The notes below the pieces were generated by a model. It searched no databases and had not been told where the DNA came from. It was given only the letters and a program-made list of their open reading frames with translations. Below are positions 29,135 to 39,154 of a stretch of 64,000 bases of DNA, one piece after another. Each line of letters opens with the position of its first letter. Position 1 is the first letter of the stretch. This DNA comes from an uncultured Candidatus Rokubacteria bacterium (GTDB lineage: Bacteria; Methylomirabilota; Methylomirabilia; Rokubacteriales; CSP1-6): NCBI GenBank assembly GCA_963754315.1, contig CAVWFS010000019.1, positions 672,001-736,000 on the forward strand. The letters run 5' to 3'. The translations under genes were made by a program, and so were the position numbers.

Positions 29135-29425
29135 TCAGGGCTGCCGACTAGCGGGGCCGATGCCAGTGGGCGGTCCGGGGGGACGCGCGGGCTCGACCAC
29201 GGCCTTCTCCCCCTGACCGGGGCTCACAGCCACCCACCCTCTGGTCCGCATGCAGCTCTCGTCGAGTGAACCACCCTTGCTACAGGCGGTGTAATCACGT
29301 CGGAACTCAGCCATCGTGTAGCTGGTCCCGATCTTCATCCACTCTTTCTCTCCGGACGCGCATCCGCCCACCGCGAGCCCAATCGCAAGCGCTATCACGG
29401 TCACCATGACGTGCATGGCAGTCAT
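29135..29425 (-). CDS. Small hypothetical lipoprotein
   Basis: Hydrophobic N-terminus with lipobox-like VGGC, W.K.G...EFRRDY..C...CM..RGW. May start at ATG 29416. Confidence 0.7.
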   Translation of the reverse strand: MTAMHVMVTVIALAIGLAVGGCASGEKEWMKIGTSYTMAEFRRDYTACSKGGSLDESCMRTRGWVAVSPGQGEKAVVEPARPPGPPTGIGPASRQP

Positions 29426-29433
29426 TGTACCGG

Positions 29434-30454
29434 CTACTCGTTCCCTGTGGGAGCTTCATGCTCGAGGGGAAAAAGAACGTAGCCCACGCCGCCCCGCTCC
29501 AGCCAGACGCGACCGACCTCGTCGCGCCGGTAGCGGCGAGGCACCTCTCCCGCCGCCCGCGCGGCCGGGTCATTGACGTGCACGTGGGTGATGTCCTCGC
29601 CCGTGAGCACAACCAGGTGGCCATCCGTACGAGGAATGGGAGCTCCCGCGAGCTCGCCGACCTCGTAGCGGAGGGAGGCGATTATGGGCAACCCGTGCGC
29701 CAGACACCAGGCCGCCGCGGACCAGTCGGGGAACCGTAGCAGATAGCCCGCCACTCCCCGCCGAGCCGCCGCTGCAATGGCCGCCGGCCAGATCCCATAG
29801 AGATCGAGGTCAGGGTGGAAGATCTCGGCTGCCAGCTCCTTCACGGGTGCTCGTTGTCCCCAGTACTCGAGGACCATCGCCACCGAGGCCGGAGAGCAAA
29901 TCCGCTCGACGGATCTCCGCGTGCTCGTCCATCTGGCTCCGCGCGGGAACACGAAGGGCCTCAGCCGGGGCCAGGGGATCCCCGGGTCGAAGGACCTGAT
30001 CGACATGGTCCAGATCGCACGCTGACAAGGTCACGAGAAGGGGGTGAGCCAGGGCGCTCGCCGGGTGGACGCGCACGCGGAGGCGGACGCTCTCGACGGG
30101 CGCCGAGGCTCTAACGAGGTCAACCTCGACCGCCAAGGGTCCGCCTACCAGCGCCCCTGGGGGGAACACGGGTGCACCAATCGTCGTGGTGGTGATCCAT
30201 GGTGTCCAGTGCCCCCCGACTAGCCCGCTCACCTCGAAGCGAAAGCTGCACAAGCGGCCGGTGAGGAGGCTGAAAGACGGCACGAGATGGCGGGCGGCCC
30301 GGCGTGGCGTCCACGTCGGGGTCTCCACGATTGCAGTGTCGCCGTCCACGGCCGTCGTGGCCTCATCCACTGATCGTCGGCAGGCGGGTGGAATCCGCCG
30401 TTCGACGGCCGCCGGGCTCAAGCGGACAGTGGCAACGAATAGATCGGTTAGCAA
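29434..30454 (-). CDS. Peptidase C39-like protein; frameshift near 29910
   Basis: VPARSQM then ICSPASVAMVLEYWG (catalytic Cys), YGIWP, GHLVVLTG, VNDPAA. Confidence 0.82.
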
Positions 30455-30766
30455 ATGCTCAGTGAGGTCCCGTACTCGTCGTACAGGGCAGTGAGGCGAC
30501 TGTCGGGGGGCGTGGGCGAGTGTACCCGCCCACGGCGTCCCCCCTGTTCAGTGTCGCAGCGTGTCGCTGCGCCGTCCGGCGTGCACCGGACGATGACAAC
30601 GTGCGCTGGGCGTCTTGAGGAGCTGCTAGCAAGCCCCCTGGGACGCGGCCTGCGAGCCCGGTGGCGTCTCGTCCATCCGACACCTCCTCGAGTCGAGTAG
30701 GCCTACTGGCGGCAGGTGTCGCGCACCCGCCGTCAAATTCCCTTCTACGCCCGGCCGCACCATGAG

Positions 30767-32053
30767 TCAAGCGTGACGCGCGATCTCCGAGAGGACCTGG
30801 TCGAAAGCGGTCAGGGTCTCGTCAAGGTCTTGGTCCGAGTGGGCGAGCGAGACGTAAATCTTGTTCACCGCCTTCACGATTCCGCGCCGGAGGCTCTCCT
30901 CATTGAAGACCCGGATCCTGGCGCGATCGGCGCTGAGGGTCGCCCGATAGTCCACGAGCGGTTGATCGGTAAATACGATGTCGAAGACAGGCGGCTCGCC
31001 ACTCACCTGCGCTGCCAGGCCATGCTTGCGCGCGGCGGCGGCGAGGCCGTCGCGTAATCGTGTCCCCGTGCGGAACAGCCGCTCGTACACCCCTGGTTTT
31101 CGAAGCTCATGAAGAGTGGCCAGACCTGCCACGGCCGCGACAGGATTACCGTTGAGCGTGCCGGCCTGGTTCACGAAGTCCGCCGACCCTTCGCGACTGG
31201 GATCGAAGTGCTTCATGATCTCGCGCGGTCCCACCACCGCTCCGAGAGGAAAGCCTCCGGCCACGATCTTGCCGAGAGCGGCCACGTCAGGCACGACGCC
31301 GTAGTATTCCTGGGCTCCGCCGTACGCAAGGCGGAAGCCGGTCACGATCTCGTCGAACACGAGCGGTACGCCGTGCTTCTGGGTGGCTGCCCGCACCCCC
31401 TGCAGGAAACCCGGCTGAGGCGGAATCACCCGCTGGTAGGGCTCGCAGATCACCGCGGCCAGCTCCTGATGATACTGATCGAGAAGCGCTTCGAACGTGG
31501 GCAGGTCGTTGTAGGGCGCGATGAGAACCTCGCCCTGCAACACGTGGGGAATTCCCCCCGTGTCGATGACGGCGGCCGGAAACGCCTTGGGCGAGCGGGT
31601 CGTGGTGCTCATTTGCGCGTAGTCGTGCATGCCGTGATACCCGCCCTCGAACTTCATGATCTTGTCGCGGCCCCGAAAGGCGCGGGCCACGCGAAGGGCG
31701 AAGAACGTGGCCTCGGTGCCGCTCGCCGTGTAGCGCACGTTCTCCGCGCAGGGGACGGCGCGCACAATCTCCTCGGCGAGCTCGATGGCCGGCTCGTTCA
31801 GCAGCATGTAGGTCGTGCCGCGCGCCAGGTAACCTTGCACGGCCTCGATCACCGCGGGGTGCGCATGGCCCAGCACCATAGGGCCGGATCCGAGCAGGTA
31901 GTCGATGTAGCGACGGCCGCTGACGTCCCAGAGATGCGCGCCCCGCGCTTCGCGAACGACGAGCTCGAGTCCCTCACCACTCCGGTGCGATCCCAGTACT
32001 CCGCCCGGAAACACGCGTTGAGCCCGCCGCACCAGATCTCCCTGATCGCTCAT
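30767..32053 (-). CDS. Glutamate-1-semialdehyde aminomutase-like class-III aminotransferase
   Basis: YIDYLLGSGPMVLGHAHP, SGTEAT, KFEGGYHG, FDEIVTGFR, LGKIVAGG, GTLNGNP. Confidence 0.9.
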   Translation of the reverse strand: MSDQGDLVRRAQRVFPGGVLGSHRSGEGLELVVREARGAHLWDVSGRRYIDYLLGSGPMVLGHAHPAVIEAVQGYLARGTTYMLLNEPAIELAEEIVRAVPCAENVRYTASGTEATFFALRVARAFRGRDKIMKFEGGYHGMHDYAQMSTTTRSPKAFPAAVIDTGGIPHVLQGEVLIAPYNDLPTFEALLDQYHQELAAVICEPYQRVIPPQPGFLQGVRAATQKHGVPLVFDEIVTGFRLAYGGAQEYYGVVPDVAALGKIVAGGFPLGAVVGPREIMKHFDPSREGSADFVNQAGTLNGNPVAAVAGLATLHELRKPGVYERLFRTGTRLRDGLAAAARKHGLAAQVSGEPPVFDIVFTDQPLVDYRATLSADRARIRVFNEESLRRGIVKAVNKIYVSLAHSDQDLDETLTAFDQVLSEIARHA

Positions 32054-32080
32054 CGTCCTTCTCCTCTCTCGTGTGCCGCT

Positions 32081-33091
32081 TCAGGCCGCACGCGCATCGG
32101 TCACCAAAACCCCCGTACCGGCAAACGAGCCGCGCTTGAGCCCGTCGAGCCCTTGATTGGCGTGGGCCAGGGGAAAGGTCGTCGTGGTCAGTCGGATGGG
32201 GATGCGCGCCGCCTCCTCCAGGAGGGCGTCGCCGTCCGCGCGTGTGTTGGCCGTCACCGTGCGAATGGTTCGTTCGAAAAAGAGATCGCGATACTCGAGG
32301 ACGGGGATGGGCGACATGTAGATGCCCGCGAGGGCCAGCGTCCCCCCCTTGGCCAGGTTTCGCAGGGCCAGTGGCACCAGGTCGCCAACGGGAGCGAAGA
32401 CAATGATCCCGTCAGCCGGCCCCGGCATTGGCTCTGCGAGATCCCCTGTCCAGGCGGCCCCCAGACGCCGTGCGAGGTCGCGGTGCGAGGCTTCGCGTGT
32501 GCAGACGTAGATCTCGCATCCACGCGCGCGGGCCACTTGCACCGTCACGTGCGCCGAGGAGCCGAAGCCGTAGACACCAAGTCGCCCGCGAGCCGGCACT
32601 GCCGCCATGGTCAGCGCGCGATAGCCGATGATCCCGGCACAGAGCAGTGGAGTCGCTTCCACATCACTGAAGGCGCCCGGAATCGCGTAGGCGAACGACT
32701 CCGGCACGGTCGCGTACTCGGCAAAGCCGCCGTCCGCGGTGTACCCGGTGAATTCCGAAGCGTCGCAGAGATTCTCCCGTCCGGCCCGACAGGCTTCACA
32801 GCTTCTGCACGTCCGGCGCAACCAGGCGATCCCGACACGCTCACCAGGGCGAAATCGCGTCACTCGCGTGCCCACGCGCTCCACGCGGCCGACCGCCTGG
32901 TGGCCTGGGATAACCGGCACGCGTCGCAGGGGCAACTCTCCCTCGACAATGTGAAGATCGGTACGGCAGATGCCGCAGGCGGCGACTCGGACGAGCAGCT
33001 CGTCGGCAGCCGGCTCCGGTACGTTCACGCGCGCGGAAGCCAGCGGATGGGTGCCGATGGGCCCCTGGGCTCGCAGGACCATGGCGTGCAC
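32081..33091 (-). CDS. Zinc-dependent alcohol dehydrogenase
   Basis: CGICRTDLH, PGHQ.VG, C..C..C......C, PLLCAG, YGFG. Confidence 0.93.
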   Translation of the reverse strand: MHAMVLRAQGPIGTHPLASARVNVPEPAADELLVRVAACGICRTDLHIVEGELPLRRVPVIPGHQAVGRVERVGTRVTRFRPGERVGIAWLRRTCRSCEACRAGRENLCDASEFTGYTADGGFAEYATVPESFAYAIPGAFSDVEATPLLCAGIIGYRALTMAAVPARGRLGVYGFGSSAHVTVQVARARGCEIYVCTREASHRDLARRLGAAWTGDLAEPMPGPADGIIVFAPVGDLVPLALRNLAKGGTLALAGIYMSPIPVLEYRDLFFERTIRTVTANTRADGDALLEEAARIPIRLTTTTFPLAHANQGLDGLKRGSFAGTGVLVTDARAA

Positions 33092-33098
33092 GCGAATC

Positions 33099-33993
33099 TC
33101 AACCGCCAGCCCGAGCCACGATACTCCGCGCCCGGGTCAGATGGGGGGCGTCCACCATGTGTCCCTTGTACCTGAAGGCGTAGATTCCCCGCTGGGCGTG
33201 TACGCTCGAAGGCCTCAACGAGCGCGCGGGCATCCTCGACATCCTCGGCCGACGGGGTGAAAACCTCGTTGATGACGGCGATCTGCCCCGGATGGATCGA
33301 GATCTTCCCGGCGAAGCCCATGGCCACACCCTCTTGGCATTCGCGCCGCAGACCGTCGAGATCGGCGATGTCGGTGAAGACGGAGTCAATGGCCTGGATG
33401 CTGGCGGCGGATGCCGTCACCGCGCACATCACCCGGGCGTAACGCGGAATATCCAGCAAGCAGCCCGCGGCGTCACGCACCCGACCAAGTCCCATGGCCG
33501 CCCCGAGATCCTCCACGCCCCAGCTGCTGGCGACGATCCGGGGGCTGGCTGCCGTCGTCTCTCGGATATTGAGCAGCCCCTCTGCCGTTTCGGTGGCGAT
33601 AAGGAGGAGCTTGGTGCTCCCGTTCGCGATCCCGTGCTGGTGCTCAAGCCGATCCAGCAGATGGGCGATCTCCCGGACGTCGGAGGCACGATTCGGCTTG
33701 GGCACCAGATAGCCATCGGGGCGGGCGGCGATGGTTTCGGCGAGGTCAGCTTGGCCGAGTCCTGTGGCGAGCGGGTTCATCCGGACCCAGCGCTCGCGGC
33801 CACCGAAATCCAGCTCGCGCAGCCAGCGGGCCACGATGGGACGGGTGGCCGCCTTGCGATCCGGGGGAACGGCGTCCTCCAGGTCGAGAATCAGCCCATC
33901 GGCGGGGAGCGTCAGGGCCTTGGCCATCATCCTGTCCTGACCTCCGGGGACAAAGTGCAGGGAACGCCGGCGACGCGCTGCCGACGGCATCAT
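33099..33993 (-). CDS. CitE-like acyl-CoA lyase (HpcH/HpaI family); frameshift near 33202
   Basis: [39 protein letters not shown]-terminal GHMVDAPH lies in another frame. Confidence 0.88.
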
Positions 33994-34442
33994 GCCGTGC
34001 GCTTGCGCATCATGGCCAGCCGCCGTGTGCGCATGACAACCTCGCCGTGCTGGTTTCGGGCGAGGTGCTCGAAGGTGACGATGCCCCACTGCGGACGCGA
34101 CTTGGACTCGCGCTTGTCGACGACAGTCGTTTCCGCGTAGATCGTGTCGCCGTGGAATACGGGCTTCGGGAACTCCACCTTCTCGAAACCGAGATTGCCG
34201 ACGGTGGTCCCCAACGTGGTCTCGCCCACGGAGAGCCCGACGGCGATCCCCAGGGTGAGGAGACTGTTGACGAGCGGCTTGCCGAACTCGGCCTTGGCGG
34301 CCTGGTGAAAGTCGAGGTGGAGCGGTTGCGGGTTCATGGTCATGGTCGTGAAGAACACGTTGTCGGCCTCGGTGATCGTGCGCCCCGGCTGGTGCTCGAA
34401 GCGCTGGCCCACCTCGAGCTCCTCGAAATACTTGCCCGCCAT
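33990..34442 (-). CDS. MaoC-family dehydratase
   Basis: [36 protein letters not shown]. Confidence 0.93.
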   Translation of the reverse strand: MAGKYFEELEVGQRFEHQPGRTITEADNVFFTTMTMNPQPLHLDFHQAAKAEFGKPLVNSLLTLGIAVGLSVGETTLGTTVGNLGFEKVEFPKPVFHGDTIYAETTVVDKRESKSRPQWGIVTFEHLARNQHGEVVMRTRRLAMMRKRTA

Positions 34443-34517
34443 GCCTCACCTCCGCGCCTAGCCTACCGCCCGGACACGGCCACCGACAAGGGCCGTCCCC
34501 GTGTAGAATGACGGGCC

Positions 34518-35726
34518 ATGGCGGACCGATACGACCTCGCGATCATCGGCGGCGGCATCGTGGGCCTTGCCACTGCGCGCGCCCTCACCGAGCGGGCGCC
34601 GCGGGCAAGCGTGGTCATCCTTGAGAAGGAAGACCATATCGGGGCCCACCAGACAGGACACAACAGCGGCGTCATCCACTCCGGCATCTACTACAAGCCG
34701 GGATCCTACAAGGCGCGACTGTGCGTGGAAGGCAAGAATCTCATGTACGCCTTCTGCGAGCAGCACGGGATCAAGGTGGAGCGATGCGGCAAGGTCATCG
34801 TGGCCACCTCCGACGCCGAGCTACCACGGCTTCAGATGATCTACGAGCGGGGGCAGGCCAACGGCGTGCCCTGCGAGCTGATCGAGGGGGACCGTTTGCG
34901 CGAGCTGGAGCCACGTGCCAATGCCTTGCGCGGCATTCACTCTCCCAGCACGGGAATCATCGACTACAAGGACGTGATGTCGGCCATGAAGGGCGAGCTG
35001 GTGGCGCGGGGCGTGAGCCTGGAGACAGGGGCGCGTGTCATGCAGATCGCCCGCACCCGTGACGGCCTGGTCATTGTCACCCCGCGGCTCACGGTGCGGG
35101 CTAACCACCTCGTCAACTGCGCCGGGCTCCACTCGGACCGGGTGGCCAGGCTCGCGGGAGCAACGCCTGACGTCCAGATCATTCCCTTCCGGGGTGAGTA
35201 CTACATGATCCGGCCCGAGCGCCGGCACCTCGTGCGGACCTTGATCTACCCCGTGCCCGATCCCGAGTTCCCCTTCTTGGGCGTCCACCTGACCAACACC
35301 ATCCATGGTGAGCTGGAGGCGGGACCCAACGCGGTGTTCGCGCTCGCCCGTGAGGGATACGGGTGGGACCGGGTCAACCTCGGCGACCTCGGCGAGACTC
35401 TGCGCTATCCGGGGTTCTGGGCCATGGCCCGGAAGTACTGGAAGATGGGCGGCTTCGAAATGTACCGCTCCCTCAGCAAACCCGCCTTCGTGCGCGCGCT
35501 GCAGCGCCTCGTCCCCGACATCCAGGAAGATGACCTCGCCGGGGGAGGTTCGGGCGTGCGCGCACAGGCTGTGAGCCCGGACGGCTCGCTCGTCGATGAC
35601 TTCCGCATCGTCACCGAGCGCGATGCCGTCCACGTCCTCAACGCCCCGTCGCCCGGCGCTACCGCCTCCCTCGCTATCGGACGTCACATCGCGAGCCTTG
35701 CGGCGGAGACGTTCAGGCTGAACTGA
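34518..35726 (+). CDS. lhgO: L-2-hydroxyglutarate oxidase
   Basis: IIGGGIVG, HQTGHNSGVIHSGIYY.PGS.KA, PFRGEYY, YPVPDP.FPFLGVH, GVRAQA, NAPSP.AT. Confidence 0.93.
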   Translation: MADRYDLAIIGGGIVGLATARALTERAPRASVVILEKEDHIGAHQTGHNSGVIHSGIYYKPGSYKARLCVEGKNLMYAFCEQHGIKVERCGKVIVATSDAELPRLQMIYERGQANGVPCELIEGDRLRELEPRANALRGIHSPSTGIIDYKDVMSAMKGELVARGVSLETGARVMQIARTRDGLVIVTPRLTVRANHLVNCAGLHSDRVARLAGATPDVQIIPFRGEYYMIRPERRHLVRTLIYPVPDPEFPFLGVHLTNTIHGELEAGPNAVFALAREGYGWDRVNLGDLGETLRYPGFWAMARKYWKMGGFEMYRSLSKPAFVRALQRLVPDIQEDDLAGGGSGVRAQAVSPDGSLVDDFRIVTERDAVHVLNAPSPGATASLAIGRHIASLAAETFRLN

Positions 35727-35728
35727 GG

Positions 35729-36511
35729 GTGATCCGCCTCGCCGAGTGCACGTTCATCGAGGCGGCCCGGCTCGCCGCCGATGCACGGAGCGTGGTGCTC
35801 CTGCCCCTGGGTGCCCTCGAGGAGCACGGCCCGCATCTGCCCCTGATGGTTGACTGGCTCGGGGCTGAGGAGATCGCCCGCCGCCTCGGGCCACATCTCA
35901 CCCGGGCCGGCCTCCGTCCGGTTCTCGCGCCAGCCCTACCCTATGGGGCAAGTCCGCTCGCCCGTGGCTTCGCGGGAACCGTCTCGCTTTCCCGAACCAT
36001 CCTCCGCCAAGTCATCGTCGAGATCGTGAAGGGGTTGGTCGGCCACGGCTTTCGCCGCTTCGTGCTCTGCAACTACCAGGCAGACCCCGAACACCTCAAG
36101 GCTATGGCGGGCGCGCGGCGGCTGCTCACGCGCACACCGGGTGTCAGAGTTCTCTTCGCCGGCTTCAGCCCGGACGGGAGCGCGGCCATGGTGCACCCGA
36201 AAGTCACTGCCTTGCTCAGGAGCCCACGACCAGAATTCGAGTGGCACTCTGGAGAGCTGGAAACATCGACCGTCCTGGCCGTAGCTCCCCAGCTCGTCCG
36301 ACGGGGCATCGCGCGCAGGTTACCACCGGTCCGTGTCGACTTCCGGGCCGAACTCCGGCGCCGGGCGCCGAGCTTCAAGGCAATGGATCCGAAGGGGCGC
36401 GGCTATTTCGGCTCGCCGGCGCTTGCCCGGGCAACGACCGGGCAGCGAGCCATGGCGACCCGGACGAGGCTCATCGCTGCCGAGATCGTCACCGCCCTCC
36501 GCGTGCACTGA
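35729..36511 (+). CDS. Creatininase family protein
   Basis: LPLGALEEHGPHLPL.VD, HSGELETS, GYFG.P. Confidence 0.9.
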   Translation: MIRLAECTFIEAARLAADARSVVLLPLGALEEHGPHLPLMVDWLGAEEIARRLGPHLTRAGLRPVLAPALPYGASPLARGFAGTVSLSRTILRQVIVEIVKGLVGHGFRRFVLCNYQADPEHLKAMAGARRLLTRTPGVRVLFAGFSPDGSAAMVHPKVTALLRSPRPEFEWHSGELETSTVLAVAPQLVRRGIARRLPPVRVDFRAELRRRAPSFKAMDPKGRGYFGSPALARATTGQRAMATRTRLIAAEIVTALRVH

Positions 36512-36515
36512 AGGC

Positions 36516-37329
36516 GTGTCGCCGGAGCTGGTCACCGACGTCGATGACCCTCGCCTGACCGACTATCGGGATCTGCGCGACGCGGATCACCGCCGTCGCG
36601 GCCTCTTCGTCGTCGAGGGACGGTTTGCCGTCCGCCAGCTCTTACGTGGCCATCGCTTCGCCACGCGCTCCGTCCTCACGACGGAGCCGATGCTGGAGAG
36701 CCTGACGGACCTGTCTGGGGTCAGCACCCGAAGGACCACCGGTGCTCCTGGCCTCTCACGCACTGATCCGACAGGTGGTGGGCTTCAAGTTTCATCGCGG
36801 TTGCCTGGCCATGGGCGAACGGGGCGCCCCGATCTCGACGGCGACCCTCATCGAGCCCGCAGGCCCCAGGTTACTTCTGGTCCTTGAAGCGCTGGTGGAT
36901 CCAGAGAACGTTGGGGCCGTCTTCCGCAATGCTCTAGCCTTCGGCGCCGATGCTGTGCTTCTCTCGCCAGGTTGCGGGGACCCACTCGGTCGCAAGGCCA
37001 TCCGGGCGAGCAGCGGCGGGACCCTACACCTGCCCTTCGCGCTCGTCGATCCATGGCCGGCGGGGCTCACGCCGCTGAGCACGGCCAGCTACGAGATCAT
37101 CGCCCTCGCCCCGGATGGATCGGAGGATCTCCACGCGATCGGGCGTTCCCGCACGGTCACGCCGCGCCTGGCGCTCCTGCTCGGCAACGAGGGCCACGGG
37201 CTCAGCGTCGCTGCCCGTGGCCTCGCCTCCGTCACCGTCCGCATCGCGATGGCCCCCGGCGTCGACTCGCTGAACGTGGCCACCGCGAGCGGCATCGCCC
37301 TGTACGACCTGCAGCGGGTCGGCTGGTAG
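36516..37329 (+). CDS. TrmH/SpoU RNA 2'-O-methyltransferase; frameshift in G run near 36718
   Basis: DPRL.DYRDL, FVVEG in frame 1. HRGCLA, DPENVGAVFR, GNEGHGL, VDSLNVA in frame 2. Confidence 0.87.
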
Positions 37330-37345
37330 TTCGCGTCGGCCGCGC

Positions 37346-37394
37346 CGCCTACCTGGCGCGCGGTGGCTGAGCGCCCACCGCGCGGAGGTAGGCG
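37346..37394. terminator. Long inverted repeat between convergent genes
   Basis: cgcctacct/aggtaggcg (9 bp) enclosing cgcgcggtgg/ccaccgcgcg (10 bp). Confidence 0.65.
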
Positions 37395-37398
37395 AGGC

Positions 37399-39133
37399 TC
37401 AGGCTTTCTCGACCATGTAGAGGTGCGCCAACATGTCGAAGTAGATGTTCCCCTGCACAACGAGCTCGCCCTGACGGTTCTTCTCGAAGCCACGCACGTT
37501 GGGCTTCGCCGCTGCATAGCGCACGACCCACGCTACGGGAACGTACCCGACTTCAGCCTGGAGTATTTCCTCGGCCTTGGCGTAGTGCTGCATGCGCTTC
37601 TTGGCATCGCGTGTGTCGCGCCCGGCTTCCAGCTCTTTGTCGAAGGCGTCGTTGACCCACGCCTGGCGCTTGCCAGTCGTCTTCTTCCCATAGAACGTGT
37701 CGAAGTACTCGTTGTGCGGGTCTGGATAGTCCATGAACCAACGGATCCATACGAACTGCAGGCTCTGGTTCCAGAGACGCTCGCGGAAGACGCGCTGCTC
37801 GAGCACCTCGAGATCCGTCTTCATGTTCAGATGCTCCAGGAGGACTGCCTGCACCGCCTCCGCGAGAGGTTTGGCTCCATACGCTTCCTCGCGCATGGTC
37901 AGGGTGATCTTGGGCCAGTTCTTGCCTCCCTCGAAAGGTGTGCCTTTCAGCATGGACATGGCCAGCTTCTGGTCGAAGCGCTGGAGATCGCGGGTCTTCT
38001 TGTCGTCGAGGGCGCCTGGGAAGCCGGGCGGAATCATGGCGTGGGCCGGGATGGCGAAGCCCTGCGCGACGCGAACCACGTTCTCGCGGTCGATCGGCGT
38101 GGGAAACCGCCCGCCGCACTTTGATGTTGTCGAAGGGGGGCTTGGTTACTTGCGGCAATAGATACCAGGTACCGGGGAATGGGTACCGGAAGACCTCCTT
38201 GCCGGTACGGGGATTGTCCTGGAGCTGCTTGAGGTCGGCGGTCTGGAGCGAGGTCAGGTCGAGCTCGTTGTTCTCGTACGGCAGCGCCCCCGAGGCCACG
38301 GGAATGATAGGGATGACCACCTTGTCGAGGGTGATGTCCTTCGCATTGAAGAAGTGCTTGTTCTTTCTGAGAACCATGACCTTGTTGTGGTCCCACGTCT
38401 CGAGCACGAAGGGCCCGTTGCACACGATGTTGGCCGCCTCCGTCCACTTGTCCCCATACTTTTCGATCGAGGCCTTGTGCCCGGGCAGGGCGGCCAGATA
38501 GGCGGTGAGAACCGGGAAGTACCCGCGCGGTCCCTCCAAGGTCACCTCGAGCGTCCATTCGTCCTTGGCCTTGACACCCACCTGGCCGGGGTCGGTCACC
38601 TGCTTCTTGTTGAACGCCTCGGCATTCTTGATGTCGTAGAGAAAGGACGAATAGGGAGCAGCGGTGGCTGGGTCCAGCTGGCGCTTCCATGAATACTCGA
38701 AGTCACGGGCGGTGCACGGGCTGCCATCCGACCATTTTGAATCCTTGCGGATGGCGAACGTCCACACCGAGCCATCCGCGTTCGGTGTCACTTTGCTCGC
38801 CACATACGGCACCGGCTCGAAGTCAGCGGTGCATTTCATGAGGCCAGCCCAGAGCGAAGGGACTCCCGAGCAATAGAGATCTTTGTTGAAATCGTGACTC
38901 GACGGATCGTTCTGCCACCATCCGCCCCCGCCCGTGCGAAGAGTCTGGTCTTTGGCGAGCTTCTCGCCGGGGGCGAGCTTGGGTGCCGCACTGGCCGGGC
39001 GCGCGTTGAAGCCAGCCGGACCGAGCGCGGCCAGGGCGGCCGCAATCCTGAGGAACGAGCGCCGGTCCACGCCGACACCGGCGAGCCTTTGCTCGAGCAG
39101 ATCCAGTTGGCGGTCGGAAATATCAGGGGTCAT
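37399..39133 (-). CDS. OppA/DppA-like peptide ABC substrate-binding protein, Tat signal; frameshift near 38095
   Basis: DRRSFLR twin-arginine motif, KWSDG.P.TA.DFEYSWKR, NGPF, PPFDNIKVRRA, W..DYPDP. Confidence 0.88.
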
Positions 39134-39154
39134 GGGAAGGCTCCTTTCGAGAAG

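Noticed and set aside
30626..30628. TAG readthrough (pyrrolysine) in the short ORF at 30676
   Set aside because: The readthrough product has no recognisable family and there are no pyl genes in the window.
31109..33175. Long antisense ORFs (688 aa here; also 60494-62200, 52285-53796, 57297-58643 and others)
   Set aside because: Shadow frames of well-supported genes in GC-rich DNA, with no recognisable motifs.
14343..38100. Single-base frameshifts near 14348, 15613, 28150, 29910, 33202, 36718 and 38095 as programmed frameshifting or true pseudogenes
   Set aside because: Both halves of each gene are intact, with no further decay or shared slippery motif, and two breaks lie in G homopolymers. 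Consensus indel errors are the simplest explanation. Read mapping would decide.
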